Assembly: GCA_963765495.1 (NCBI GenBank)
Contig: CAVXWP010000001.1
Coordinates: 128,001 to 192,000, forward strand
Source: Blastocatellia bacterium
Lineage (GTDB): Bacteria > Acidobacteriota > Blastocatellia > UBA7656
Direction: 5' to 3'
Length of the DNA stretch: 64,000 nt
Shown here: positions 1 through 12,898 of the stretch, piece by piece
Position numbering within the stretch: position 1 is the stretch's first letter
How the letters are laid out: each line of letters begins with the position of its first letter
The notes under the pieces: generated by a model
Databases searched by the model: none
Seen by the model: only the letters and a program-made list of their open reading frames with translations
Told to the model about the DNA's origin: nothing
Made by a program: the position numbers and the translations under genes

Positions 1-3000
1 GCGGGCGGCGTATCGGCCCAGTAATAGACGTGCCCTGACAGCAGTGACGTCCCCGGCCCGTCCGTCAGCGCCGACCCGGCTATTAGCTGCGGCGTGATGA
101 GCGTGCGCGTCCCGTCTACTTCGCGGTAGATCTTGAAGCCAAGGTTGTCTGCCTCAAAGCCGGTCTGCCACCTGAGCAGCACTTGATTGCCGTAGCCATT
201 TGCCGTGAAGCGTTCCAGTTTCACCAGGGTCGGGTTGCTGACTATCCCGATGTTTGTCCCCGTGAATTCCGAGGTGTTGCCGTCATTATCAGTCGCCGTG
301 GCTATTATCTTATCCCCCGGATTGATGCCGAGGCTCGCCGCATTGCCCGCGTCAAAGGTGGCGATGCCGGGGGCGCCGTTTAGGTAATCATCCGCCGTGT
401 AGTATGTGCTTGAGATATAGGTCTCCCCCTGGAGATTCTCATCGGCTTTGAAGAATTCGATGTAGAGACCGTTTCCGCCGTAGTTGGAATTATAGGTAGC
501 GGAATCTACTTTGTATTGAAGGATGAGATTGCCGCTCGTATTGATTACGGCGCTCGTGAATTCAGGATAGTTTTGCAAGCGGTTGCCACCGTCATCAGCA
601 TCTTCGGGGTCATTTGGTGTGTGCCCAGGCGTGCCGAGGTCAATGCCAAGACCGGCATTGCCAAAGATGGAATTGGGGTCGATGACGTTGCAATGTCCGG
701 CGGTTTCGTCAACCCACACGCCAGGGCCGCCGTTCTCGGAAATGATGTTGCCGGCATTGGCTTCCAGGCCGCCGATTTCGTTCAATCTCGCGCCAGCAGT
801 TACAAGAACGCCGGCTGCGCCATTCCCTTCGATCAGATTGTTTTTCAGCCGGTTGAAGGCTGCATTAACTCCATCAATCATCACGCCGATTCCTTCATTG
901 TTGGCAATCGTAGTTTTCAAACTGTCGTTGACGTCGCCAATGACCGTGCGGAGGGCATTATTGAGCGTAACCCCGATGCCATTGCCCAATCCGGGGGAGC
1001 CGTTCTCGTCGGTGCCGATTATGGAATTGTTAATGGTATTGTCCGACGGTGCATCGCCCATCACCTCGATGCCTTTTTCGGTGTTTCCAGAAATTATGTT
1101 TTTTGCCGATTCCACTACATCACCAACTAAGACATCAACTGTGTTGTCGAGTTGAATACCGACCTGATTAGGTATTGTGGTTAGCGTGCCATCATCCTGC
1201 CTGAAGACCCCAATGAGATTACCGGAGATTTGTGCTAAGATACCGCCACCAGCAGGGCCTTGGGCTCGTTGCTGATTCCCTGATCCCTGTACTTTAATTC
1301 CTACTGGATGATTACCGATGGTGTTGTCTTTTATCCATACTCTGCGGGTTTCGACACCGGGACCCGGTAATATGCAGATTAATCCTCCCTCATTATTGGG
1401 GAAATTTTGACCGCTGGGAGTAACCCCAATCCAATTATTTTGAATGATCAAATCCCCATCCGTCTGATTCTCAACGCCAATCCCGTTGACCATATTACAA
1501 TTGATGATGTTGCCATGTTTGACCGGCGGTGTAATGACTCCAACCTGGTTTGCCCCGGCCTGCACGATAAACATTCCCAGCCGATTTGGTATACAGTTAT
1601 CGGTATTTCTGTTCATCCCAATCGCATTGTCACGAAAGATATTGCCGCTCGGCAGATTGGCCGGATCAGGATTGTTACTCAGCGTTCCTAAAAAGATGCC
1701 ATAGCCGAACGCGTCATCCGTATGACCGGAAATCGTGTTTCCGAAACCGCCGAGCCGACTGCCGTCACAACTGCCAATGCAATTGTCCTTGGCAAATTCG
1801 CCAACAATCAACCCGATCTTGCCATTCGGAACCGCCGTCTCTCCTGCGGTGTCGATGCCGATGCGATTATCAATCAGCTTATTGTCTGTTGTCGTCAGGT
1901 CAGCCCCGTTAGGCGGCGGTTGCACGCCATCTCCAAGGAAGACGCCGAGAATGACGCCGAACAAGGTATTTCCCGACACCGTGTTGGTCTGGATTTGGTT
2001 ATGGCTCGCCCCTTTGAGTAGTATGCCGATAGTGTTTGGGATGGCTACCGCTGAAGAGTTTTCCAGTAGCCCTACGTCATTTAAGCGAATCTGGTTCTGG
2101 CTTGGCCCGACTGTCGTATCGGTGGCGACAAGATATATGCCTACGGGTGAGTATCCGACCGTATTATATTGAATAGTCGTTGTGGTCACTTGCCCCTGCA
2201 AAAAGATCCCATTCAAGCCATTGCCGAGATTGGTTCCACTGCTCCCGACTCTGGTTCCAATCTTATTGCCTTCAATATAATTCCCCTCGACGACAGTGTT
2301 TGGTGAACCGGCCGGCACAGTCAGGTAAATTCCGTTCTCCTGATTGCCGCCGATGACATTCGGATAACCGCCGTTGCCTTTGCCGATCCATTGTCTGTCG
2401 GCAAAACAAACGACGCCATTTCGATTCGCAATAGGATTGCTGGCATCTCTGTTGACGCCAATGAAATTCGTGGCGACGAAATTTTGGACGCCTGCCGTGG
2501 CATCAATTAAAATACCGGCAGAATTTGCGGAATTATTGTGTCCCGAAATGATGTTGCGCGTGTTGACGCCAAATATCGCGTTGCCAAGGGTATTCAGGGT
2601 CGCACCGTTGCGAATATAGACGCCGTATTGCCCGTTTCCCAAATCCTCCATGCCGTTATCTTTGGTGCCGATGTAATTGCCGCTTATGTTGTTCCCAGTT
2701 GAAGAATTGTCCAGAACAATACCGTTATTACTATTTCCCGAAATGACATTGCCGTCCACATCTATGGTTTGTCCAATGGTATTGGTATTTGAACCTGAAA
2801 GCAGGATGCCAGTCTGGTTGGCTAAAGCAATCATGCCGGTCTTATCGGTGCCGATTTTGTTGTTGAAGATTTCATTCGACGCGCCGCCAATAATTGAAAT
2901 CCCGTTGACGTTATTTGAAATAGTATTGCCGAGACTTGATTCTGTGTCGCCAATCGTATTATAGCTGCTGCTATTGAGGAGAATGCCCGAGGACATTTGA

Positions 3001-6000
3001 CTGGCAGTATCGGCTGTCGTGCCGTCAGGGTTGATGCCGAAATAACAATGCTGCACGCGGTTGGCTGAACCGCCGGAGATGAAAATCCCTGAATTGGTAA
3101 AGTGATTAATTGCCAGACCGCGAATGGTTGTGCCGGTTGTTGAAAGGTGTAGGCCGTCCGACACCGTGTCATTGCCGCGAATTTCGATTAACGGCGGGCC
3201 CAGATAATTCGAGCCGCCTTGACTGCTGCCGTCGAGCGTAATGGAGTTGGTGATAGTTGGTAGCGCCGAGCCGGGCGTTATCGTTTCGATGCCGCCACCG
3301 GGTATGTTGAATTTTATTATGTCGTAGCCGGGGCGATGTTCGGCCACCTGTATTGCTGCCCGCAAAGTGCATTGGTTCCCGTTTGTGTCCGGGTCAACAT
3401 CGCAAATATCGTTATTCAGGTTGGTTGGGGTGTCCTCTTCATCCGTATCGACAGTGACAATTATTTCACCGGAGGAACAAGTCAGCGCAAGTTGCTGGTA
3501 TTTTTCCTTGTTCGACCCCGAAAAACTATTCAATTTGGCAGCTAAACCCTCATCACAAGTAAATCCTGCGTTGCAGGAAAATTCCGATGTGTTGCCGAAC
3601 GAATCGATTGCCGTCGCGGTATGAAACGCATATGCCGGATTAGCCGGATCATCCGTAACGAAATAAATGTCTGCCAATCCGTGATCATCGGTTGTGACGC
3701 TGGTCGAACCGATATAGAATTTGCCTTCGCGGTCAGCCGCATCGCTCGCGTAAACATCAATGGTATAGGTGTTAAACGGACGGCTCAGTAACGCCCCCGA
3801 TATTATGATATGCCCGGCACCATCATAAATGGGACTATCAAGCAATGGGAAATTCTGTAAATCGTTTGATCCCGTGTCAAGGTCCTGACAATCGTTTTCC
3901 GTGACACCGTCGCCGGGATCATAACCGTTGGTTAAATCAATCCCCAGACCGCTGTTTGAATATATCGAATTTCCACGAATGATATTGGCGTAACCACCGC
4001 TTGCTACAAGCACACCGGCAAAATTGTTCCCCTGCGTGCCGTTATAGGCGATCTGATTTCCTGCCTGCGTTGTGCCGTCCCCGACTTGCACTCCGTAACT
4101 GGTCAGAAATATTCCGTTTCTACCGTTACCGAGCTCTCCCAACGAGCTATTCAAACCGATCAGATTATTGATGATTCTGACGAAAACGCCATAACCATTT
4201 ACAGAAATCCCATTAAGATTTGTATTGCCTGAAATGATATTTCGCGCTGATGAATCGGTGCCGCCGATCAAGACCTGTGCGCCGAAGGAAGCGGCAACGA
4301 AGACAGTGCCGCTACCGCCGCCGGATTGAGTTCCGCCGTTCGGGATTGCATTGTTGCCCGTTATATCCGTGCCAATCAGATTTGCCTGAATATTAGTAGT
4401 GCTAAAACTGATTCCGGCCGCTAAATAATCGCCCGCCCTGATCGCGGAAGAGTCGTTCCCGGAAATCAGATTGCCGCCCGAGACACCGTTTCCCTCGCTC
4501 GCCGAAAGGCCGACGTAAACAGTTCCCCGGCTCCCTGAAATAACTCCATTGTTCGCGTTACGCAGCATTTGATTTCCATCTTTATTTGTCCCGATAAAAT
4601 TATTGAAGATGCCGCCTGTGCCGTATCCCTCGCGCTCAAGAGCATCTGACAAACTCTCATTGCTATTTCCTGAAATCAGATTACAAAAGCCTGTGCAGGC
4701 ACCGCCCGGCGTTGTGCCGGCGGGCGAGCCGATAGTGTCGAAACCGATATTATCCAGAATGTAAACAGTCGCAAAAAGGAGAACGAAACCACTGCGCTGA
4801 TTACGCGTGTCATTCGGAATAGCAATATTGCCTGTCACGTCCGTGCCGATGTTGTTGCCTACAATCGTGCAGCCGCCGCCCTGCAATAGAGGGGTATCAA
4901 TGCAATAAATCGCGTTCAGCCCGTTGCCGGAAACAATATTGCGTCCGCCCTCCGTGACCGAGCCGAGCATTGTCTGCGTAACGGGATTAGTGGTAAAGCC
5001 TTGCCAGCAATTGCCGAATCCCTGCGTTCCCGCCGGATTCGTGCCGAAGCGATTGCCGCTGACGAGATTGTTCAATGTGAGCAGTTCGCCCGTATCCACG
5101 TTGAAGAGTGGTACCACATCCATCCCGACACCATCGCAACCGGGTTGATCTCCGGCAAGACGGTCTTCACCATTTCCCGAAACGGTATTGCCCGCACCTG
5201 CCGCGTCGCCGCCGAATGTGTTGTTCGCTCCGGTAAAGAAAAGTCCTTGCGAGTTTGGAACTTTACCCGTTCCGAGCGAGTTCAAACCGATAATGTTTCC
5301 TTCAAATGTATTCGAGTTTCCAGCCGTGACGCTGATGCCGACACCGAAATATTGACGACTGCCGTTGCCCGACATAACATTGCCAGCACCGGGCGCGGTT
5401 CCTCCGATCTGATTGTTGTCCGAGTCGAAGATATTTAAGCCGGTTGCGGCATTACCTTTGTCGAAACTTCCGGTCGGGTCGGTGCCCAAGAAATCAGCCT
5501 CTATCACATTAGAACCGTTATTCGGCGAGGTGCTCGTGCTTTCAATCGTAATGCCGTTGCCGCCGATCTGACTTCCATTCTCATCAATAACAGAAGGCAT
5601 CGAGTTAATGTTCAAACCGCGCACCGTAACGCTGCTGGCACGTATTTTCAAGCCGTCAATCGAGCCCGACAAATTCGCGCCGGTAATTTCGATAAGCGGC
5701 AAACCGTTATAACCGGGCTGCGTCGTGCCATCTATCGTCATTGGGGTAATGATGGTCGGCAATTGCGAGGCGAGCGTGATGGTCTGAAGACCGCCGCCGC
5801 CGATGTTAAACTCTATTGCGCCAGCGCCGCCGCTGGAATTGGCCCGATTTATCGCCCCGCGCAAAGTGCAGAGGTCTCCGCCGCCGAGACAATTGCTCAA
5901 TGAGTCGGATGCAGAATTGACTGTAAAAACAGCGGTTGGCGCACTCATTACAACCGAAGGAGAAGATGCGCCTTCGCGTAGAATTACCAAATCCGACAGA

Positions 6001-7612
6001 GCGTCTTTATTCAGGCGCAGCGGCAAAACGGCGACTGGATTCGTTTCGGCATCAAGTGAGACAAGTGCGGTTCCCTGGTTCTGGTTTTCTTTCTTTGCCT
6101 GCGCGACGATATGAATTTGCTTTGAAACTGAATCAACCAGAATCAAATCATCTCTACCTGAAACGGAAACTCGAGCTTTGATAAGTTTTTGCGCATTTTG
6201 CGACTTTGCTGCATTAACAAGATGCCAATCGGTTATTAAGTTTACGAGATTCCACCTGGCAAGCGTGGAGGGCCTGCTCGAAATTGAGCTGATAAAAGCC
6301 GCTTTCGAGCGTAGTCGATTTTCTTCCGCTTTCGCCATGCCTTCACTCGTCAGTTCAGATTGTTCTTCTTTGCTTAACTCTTTGAACTTCTTCGCCTCCT
6401 CTTCGGCTTTTTTGCTCAAAAACTCCTGTCTCTCTTTTGGTGAAAGCCTCGAATCAATCATCATCAAGCCGCGCTCTTTTGCCGTTGCCTCGTCAACAAT
6501 CGGCTCATTGGCAGGCACAGCATAACTATTCGTGTCGACACCGGTTGGAATAAAAGAATTTTTTTTGAGATGCTGTCTGGCTTCTTTCGAAAAAGAGTTG
6601 GTTGAAATTTTGCTGCTTCGCACGGGTTCGAGAATGGAAATGCTTCCCGAGTCAGACAAAATCGCCAGATCGTCTCCCCGTTCGTCGTTGAAATCTCCAA
6701 CAACCAGACCTGACATCTGAAAAGGCATTTTTCGAGTGGCGACAACCGCCTTCGGTCTTTCAATATCGAATCTTTTATCAATATCCCACGGGTAAGCCTG
6801 TCCGCGACCGTGAATAATCGTCAATTGATCCCCGCAGGCGACGGCTATGTCTCCATAATAATCATCGTCCAGATTCCCGATTGCGATGTCGACAGCTGGC
6901 GCTGGAAGTGCCAAGACTTCCGGCTTCTGTTTGAACGCCCCTTCGGGATGCTCAAAAACCACAAGCTGTGAACTCTTCCCGTTTTCTACGGCCACGGCCA
7001 CATCGCTCTGCCCATCGGCACGGCCTATTTCTCCTACCCCCAGTGCCGTCATTTTTCCCGGCAGCAGTATCGTCGCGGGAGCCGCAAAATTCCCCCTCCC
7101 GTCGCCTGTGAGCAGTTGCAATCGATTGTCGCCTTTCGCTGCCGCCAATACATCTTTCCTGCCATCGCCATTGAAATCTCCGACCACGAGATAGTCCGGC
7201 CTCAGCCCCAGAGGGAATGTCTTTTCCGTCGCATAAAATGGAGAATCGAGGAACGTGCCCTCGGCTTTGTGCCTTTTGGCTTGCGGCGAATTGGGAAACA
7301 TCGAATCCAGATTGCCCCGATAGAACTTCAATGTGCCATCAGCGTCGGCGGTCACGAGGTCTGCTACGCCGTCGGAATCGAAATCCGCCGAGGCCAGTAG
7401 CGATGGCTCGCTCGCGCTCGTCTCTTGATTGGCTGCCGTGCCTGATTGCAGGGAGAGATCCTTGCCGTCTTTGAAGTTGATATAAGGCGCTCCCCGCCCT
7501 TCGGCTTTGATGGTGGTCCTGCCTGGCGTCTCGGTCGATTTATCTGCCCCCTGTTTCTTTTCTCCGGATTCAGAAACCGTCGCGGCGGATTCCGAAGGCT
7601 GCCCAATACCAG
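1..7612 (-). CDS. Giant secreted FG-GAP/CSLREA/parallel beta-helix protein, copy 1, main part; runs off the window start towards the expected C25 domain
   Basis: Absent from the ORF track because no stop occurs before base 1. The frame at ~7300 and at ~200 is the same when mapped onto copy 2 (offsets 20416 and 20858). It encodes FG-GAP motifs, CTLRGAI and CTLRAAI motifs, GNxIG beta-helix repeats and NPTLVKLERFTA...WQTGFEADNLGF as in copy 2. Confidence 0.8.
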
Positions 7613-8368
7613 GGGGGGGCTGTTGTTCGCTTCGGTTTTGGCTTCGCCAGAAGCCTCCGGGTTGCCGCTTGCAGTAAGCATTGCGCTGACATGAGGCGCG
7701 TCTGTACCGCCGGTCGTCAAGGCAGATTGATTGCTGCTGGCGACCCTCGCTTCGGTGCGAGTCTCAGCCAGATGGGCGGTATGATCTGACGGTTGTGGAG
7801 CCTTGTTCCAGCCTTGTGTGAAGACGCCGATTGGGGGCTTCCTGGAGAGAGAGACCACCCGTGGTGCGATAGCGAATACGTTACGGGTTGCTGCTAGCAA
7901 GCCTGTGCCGCTCGGCTTGCCCGCATGTTCGCTGGCAGCAACGGTTCTGGTGCTGCGCGCCGTTTCGCCGCGAGCAATCGCGCTGTAGTCCGGTACGTGA
8001 TTGGCTGTCAGTTTGGGAATGGGATGTAAGATGAACGAACGAGAGCCGCGCAGAGCAACGACCGTACCTCTCGGTGCGTCGCTCTTGTGATTGTCAAGAC
8101 GGCCCGGCAACATAATCACCCGTCCCGCAATATTTATCTCGCCGGTGCGCAGCGGCGTTTCCTCAAGCGGCGAGGCGGGCAATTGATACGTCTCGCCGCC
8201 TGTGTTCTTTCGACCCCTCCCCGCACCACTCATCACTAATGCGGTGCCGTCATCAGTAGACGCTGCGGCACGAGATTGAGGCGGCAAGGCGCTGCTTATA
8301 AGGCAGAGCGTGAGCATCAAGGCAAAGATGAAGCGCAGTCTTCGGTGGTAGTAATCTGATGGCAGCAT
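7364..8368 (-). CDS. N-terminal part of the giant protein, copy 1, separated by a 1-base deletion in a G8 tract at 7612-7619
   Basis: Near-identical to the copy-2 N-terminus, with a signal-like hydrophobic stretch (FIFALMLTLCLISSA). Copy 1 has GGGGGGGG where copy 2 has GGCGGGGGG. GAGG lies upstream of the ATG at 8368. Confidence 0.75.
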   Translation of the reverse strand: MLPSDYYHRRLRFIFALMLTLCLISSALPPQSRAAASTDDGTALVMSGAGRGRKNTGGETYQLPASPLEETPLRTGEINIAGRVIMLPGRLDNHKSDAPRGTVVALRGSRSFILHPIPKLTANHVPDYSAIARGETARSTRTVAASEHAGKPSGTGLLAATRNVFAIAPRVVSLSRKPPIGVFTQGWNKAPQPSDHTAHLAETRTEARVASSNQSALTTGGTDAPHVSAMLTASGNPEASGEAKTEANNSPPLVLGSLRNPPRRFLNPEKRNRGQINRPRRQAGPPSKPKGGERLISTSKTARISPCNQARQPIKRRARASHRYWPRRISIPTA

Positions 8369-8420
8369 TGGGCATTCCTCATTCGATCTGCGGACCAGAT
8401 GCATCTTCAGATCGATATAG

Positions 8421-11400
8421 TTAATTTACTCCACACAAACAGGAGTTATTTCTGGTGTCTCGGTCAGCGATTGTGCATCGCAAAGTACCGGGAGGCGATT
8501 GCAAGCTGGCATTGCCTCGATGCTGAGTGCCTACATAATATGCCAGGACGCGGCGCTCGGGGGTGTAGTGTTGCAGATTCCAGATGGTGCCTTTTGAGGT
8601 TATCGTTCCTCTCCCGGTGTAGGTTGTGCCCCCGCAACAAAAACGATAATCGCCCGTCCTCGTGTTAAACAACAGCACGGTCCCTGCATTGCCGTCATCC
8701 TGCAAACAGACATCAAAGGTCGTGACGGTGAAGTTGCAGGTTGCGGTGTTGCCGGAACTGTCTGTCGCCGTACAAGTCACCGTCGTCGTCCCTAACGGAA
8801 AACAACTCCCCGATGGCGGATTGCACGTCACGGTTACTCCCGGACAATTATCGCTCGCCACAGGCGCGGGATAGTTGACCACCACGCAGGACGAACTCTG
8901 ATTCGGGGATACCGCTGTGAGGTCTGCCGGACACGTAATCAGGGGCGACTGTGTGTCGGCGATGGTTATTGTGAAGGCGCAACTGGGGCCTGCGGTGGTT
9001 GTGCAGGTCACTGTGGTCGTGCCTTTCGGGAAGAACGAACCCGAAGCCGGAGAACAGGTAACCGTGCCGCATCCGGCTGAGGTGGTCGGAGCCGGATAGC
9101 TCACCACTGCGCCGCATTGACCCGGATCATTGCTCCTGGTGATATCCGTCGGGCAGGTGATGGTGCAGGCTTGCTGCGTAACCGTCACCGTGAAGCTGCA
9201 AGTGGCGGTGTTCTTCGAGGCATCGGTAGCCGTGCAGGTGACCGTCGTTGTGCCTGTAGGGAAACAAGTGCCAGAAGGTGGTGAGCAATTGACCGTAGCG
9301 CCCGGACAGTTGTCATTGGCAGCCGGGGTTGTGTAGTTGACGACGGCGCACTTCTGAGTCGATTGAACATTGACATTTATGTCTGCCGGGCAAGTCAGGT
9401 TGGGCGGGGTGTCGTCAACCACGGTTACCGTAAACGAGCAACCCGGCCCTGTTTTAGTCGCGCAGGTGACGGTTGTTGTGCCGACGGGGAAGAAGGAGCC
9501 GGAAGCGGGCAAGCAACTCGCCGAGCCGCAGTCCCCGGTTGTTGTTGGCGCGGGATAGTTGACCACCGCGCCACACTGAGTCGCGCCGGGGCCGGTGTTG
9601 GCGGTCTGATTAGGCGGACAGGTAGTCGAGCAGTCTATCTCGAAAGCGCCGATGTCAGAGCCGTTGCCGCCCACAGCGTTCGCAATCGTCGGGTCATCAA
9701 CGGGACGAGGGAAGCCGCGCTGGTCAGTAGTGATGGGCGTTGCGGTGATCGGGTCGATGGCGGCAGCGCCTTTATCAATGGCGGGGCTGCCTGCGAGAAG
9801 CGCCAGGGTTTGAGTTGGGCCGCCGTTATCGGCGAGCGGGCCAAGCAACGGATTGATGGGCGAGGCATTGGTGCCGATCTGGTCGCCAGTCATCGGAACG
9901 ATGGTCGCGTCTCTATTATTGCCGATCAGGTTCCAGCCCTGCGAGATGAGCGTGCCTTTGAAATCGGGACCGAGAGTTGCCGTGTTCCCGGCGATAATGG
10001 AATCTTTAGCGGTGACACTGCCACCGTCAAGACTATTAAAATCGACGCCGCCGCCGCTGCATTCTCCGGTGGCACCACCGTTATAGCCAATAACATCGGT
10101 GGCCGTATTACCGAATATGGTGCTATTGGTAAGATACATCTGGCCGCTATTGGAGATACCACCGCCACCGCCAAAGGAAATACCAATTCCCTGGACATTG
10201 TTTAAGGGCGTAAATTGGTAAAGGATCGATTTCGATAAGTTGCCCGTTACGGTGCTGTTTGTGAGATTCAGAATTCCGCCATTGGCAATGCCGCCACCTG
10301 AGCTACAAGTCGAAAAAAAGTTTTGGTTTGAAGTTCCTGTGATCTTACCGCTGTCCGCAATATTGCCTGAGATCGTACTGTTCGTGACATTCAACGTCCC
10401 GGTGTTGAAGATTCCGCCCGCCGCCGCGCCGGAAAGAAATACAGTGGCACCGCCGCCGGGACCGGGTGAGGCAGCCAATACAATATCGCCGTTCTTGGCG
10501 GTGTTATCCGAGATCGTGCTGTTCGTCAAATTCACCGTCCCGCTGGCATTGTGGATGCCTCCACCGGTGGCAGTGCCAGCTTCTGTGCCATTAGTGGTAG
10601 AGGCACCCAGGGCTGAATTCCCGGAGATGATGCTGTTGACAATATTCACAGTTCCCGTGCTTCGGTTATTGATGGCACCGCCGAGACCTTGAAAGCCCTG
10701 AACGTTATTGTTCGTACTGATTGCCTGATTTCCCGTGAGTATAGTGCTGCTCAAACTCAATGTGCCCGTACTGTCATTGAGAATGCCGCCGCCGAAGCCG
10801 TCGCCTCCGCCAGGAGGTCCCTCCGGTCCACGATGCACGCCATTGGCAATCGTCAAACCTGAGATTGCTACATCGTAATTGCCCGCCGCAACGTTGAAGA
10901 TGCGCGAACTGTTATTGCCGCTCACGGTGATGAAGCTCGCACCGGGGCCGACGATATTCACGCTGTCAAAGATCACCATTTCGCCGCTGGTCAGCGTGAT
11001 CGTTCCCGTAACGCCTGCCGCAAAGGTAATGGTTTGCGTTCCCGGCGTTAAATTAGAGCAGATGACCGCTTCGCGCAGGCTGCCCGCACCGCTGTCATTT
11101 GTGTTGGTGACGAGCGTCGAGCACGCAACGTTCTGCGCTTCAAAGGCGCCGATGTCAGAGCCGTTGCCGCCCGACGCGTTCGCAATCGCCGGGTCGTCAA
11201 CAGGACGAGTGAAGCCGCGCTGATCGGTAGTGATGGGCGTTGCGGTGATCGGGTCGATGGCGGCAGCGCCTTTATCTATCGCCGGGCTGCCTGCGAGAAG
11301 CGCCAGGGTATGCGTCGGGCCGCCGTTATCGGCCAGTGGGCCAAGCAGCGGATTAATGGGCGAGGCATCCGTGCCGATCTGATCGGCGGTGCATCGGAGC

Positions 11401-12770
11401 GGTGTGATCGTCGCGTCCTTGTTATTTCCGATCAGGTTCCAGCCCTGCGAGATCAGCGTGCCGTCAAAATCGGGGCCAACGTCAGCGGTATTTGTGGCGA
11501 TGATGGTGTTCCTGGCCGTCACCGTAGCGTCATTATGAATGCCGCCGCCATTGCCCGTGCTGCTCGGGCCGCCGTTGAAGGATGGCGTGCCGACCGCAGC
11601 ATTCCCAGAGAACGTGCTGTTTGTGAGTATCAACTGGCCGCCGTTGGAAATGCCCCCCCCAATACTAGGCCCCGGTGTGACATTAGCGCCGCTATTTCCG
11701 CTGATCGTCGTGCCATTGGCAGAATTACCGGAAACTGTGGTGTTGGTTATTTGAACCGTGCCAGAGGCATTGGCAATTCCCCCGCCAATACTTCCGAAGG
11801 CGAAAACGAAATTCGGACTGTAATTAAGCACAATCGTGTCGCCGTTCGCATAATTGCCCGAAATGGTGCTGTTGGTGATGTTTACGTTTCCCGATGCGTT
11901 GCTGATGCCGCCACCGGTTGATCCGACCTGAAATCCACTGCCGCCTGCGCCGCCGCCGTTACCGCCCTGGGTGGTCCTCCCATTTGCCGCAGAGTTTCCG
12001 ACAACCCAACTGTTGGTCAAGTTCACGGTTCCGCCATTATTAGCGATGCCCCCCCCAGAACCCGAGCCGCTGAGACTACTAGGAGATCCTCCACTTGCGT
12101 TGCCACCCTTCCCAGAATTACCGGAAATTTTACTGTTGGTTATGTTGACGGTCCCAGTACTGGCATTATAGATTCCGCCGCCATTGCCTGTGCCGCCATG
12201 AATTCCAACATTACCGATTGGCATAGCATCGCCGCCAAGCGCCAAATTACCCGAGATCACAGAACTACTGACTGTGACAGTACCTGTGCTATTGTTGAAT
12301 ATTCCTCCACCCATACCATCAGTAGCCGGATCTCCATCCGCTCCGCGATGCATGCCATTGGCAATCGTCAAACCGGAGATCGTGACGTTGATCGCCGGTA
12401 TCACGCTGCCGATGTTGAGCACCCGCACCGCGTTGTTGCCGCTTATGGCGAGCAGGCTTGCGCCCGGCCCTTGAATCTGGAGGTCCTTGTCTATCGCCAG
12501 TTCGCTCGCAAGCGTGATCGGACTTGTCACCGTCGTCATATCGAAATCAATCGTATCGCCCGGCGCTGCCGTGGCTATCGCTTGCCGCAATGTGCAGTCG
12601 GCTCCCGGACAGGTTCCGCCCGCATCGGCGCTGCTGTGCACCGTTATCGTCGCCGTTGGCGTCTTCTGGACCGCGCTTCCTGCCACAGGAGCCGTGACCG
12701 GAGTGAGCAACATTGCGAGCGCGATACCACCCAACAGCGCGGCGATAGTAATTCTCTTATTGGATTTCAT
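8421..12770 (-). CDS. Secreted CSLREA / choice-of-anchor Q beta-helix protein with 4 HYR domains, copy 1
   Basis: Signal peptide MKSNKRITIAALLGGIALAMLL. CTLRQAI and GSLREAV motifs. Two GG(A/G)I/TxSGN beta-helix modules, each ending GWNLIG...LGPLADNGGPT...DQRG...DIGAFE. Four CP...FPxGTTTVTC...CxFT(V/I)T HYR-like repeats and a Cys-containing C-terminal domain. Confidence 0.85.
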   Translation of the reverse strand: MKSNKRITIAALLGGIALAMLLTPVTAPVAGSAVQKTPTATITVHSSADAGGTCPGADCTLRQAIATAAPGDTIDFDMTTVTSPITLASELAIDKDLQIQGPGASLLAISGNNAVRVLNIGSVIPAINVTISGLTIANGMHRGADGDPATDGMGGGIFNNSTGTVTVSSSVISGNLALGGDAMPIGNVGIHGGTGNGGGIYNASTGTVNITNSKISGNSGKGGNASGGSPSSLSGSGSGGGIANNGGTVNLTNSWVVGNSAANGRTTQGGNGGGAGGSGFQVGSTGGGISNASGNVNITNSTISGNYANGDTIVLNYSPNFVFAFGSIGGGIANASGTVQITNTTVSGNSANGTTISGNSGANVTPGPSIGGGISNGGQLILTNSTFSGNAAVGTPSFNGGPSSTGNGGGIHNDATVTARNTIIATNTADVGPDFDGTLISQGWNLIGNNKDATITPLRCTADQIGTDASPINPLLGPLADNGGPTHTLALLAGSPAIDKGAAAIDPITATPITTDQRGFTRPVDDPAIANASGGNGSDIGAFEAQNVACSTLVTNTNDSGAGSLREAVICSNLTPGTQTITFAAGVTGTITLTSGEMVIFDSVNIVGPGASFITVSGNNSSRIFNVAAGNYDVAISGLTIANGVHRGPEGPPGGGDGFGGGILNDSTGTLSLSSTILTGNQAISTNNNVQGFQGLGGAINNRSTGTVNIVNSIISGNSALGASTTNGTEAGTATGGGIHNASGTVNLTNSTISDNTAKNGDIVLAASPGPGGGATVFLSGAAAGGIFNTGTLNVTNSTISGNIADSGKITGTSNQNFFSTCSSGGGIANGGILNLTNSTVTGNLSKSILYQFTPLNNVQGIGISFGGGGGISNSGQMYLTNSTIFGNTATDVIGYNGGATGECSGGGVDFNSLDGGSVTAKDSIIAGNTATLGPDFKGTLISQGWNLIGNNRDATIVPMTGDQIGTNASPINPLLGPLADNGGPTQTLALLAGSPAIDKGAAAIDPITATPITTDQRGFPRPVDDPTIANAVGGNGSDIGAFEIDCSTTCPPNQTANTGPGATQCGAVVNYPAPTTTGDCGSASCLPASGSFFPVGTTTVTCATKTGPGCSFTVTVVDDTPPNLTCPADINVNVQSTQKCAVVNYTTPAANDNCPGATVNCSPPSGTCFPTGTTTVTCTATDASKNTATCSFTVTVTQQACTITCPTDITRSNDPGQCGAVVSYPAPTTSAGCGTVTCSPASGSFFPKGTTTVTCTTTAGPSCAFTITIADTQSPLITCPADLTAVSPNQSSSCVVVNYPAPVASDNCPGVTVTCNPPSGSCFPLGTTTVTCTATDSSGNTATCNFTVTTFDVCLQDDGNAGTVLLFNTRTGDYRFCCGGTTYTGRGTITSKGTIWNLQHYTPERRVLAYYVGTQHRGNASLQSPPGTLRCTIADRDTRNNSCLCGVN

Positions 12771-12898
12771 GATAGACCCCTTATATCTCTGTGTTGTGGA
12801 CTCTGGCCGGTTTGTAATTGCCGGATGATTACACGCTAAAACTTTCCATCCACCGCACCTTCGACTTAGATCGCGGTTCAATTCAATCCCGCCAAGTT

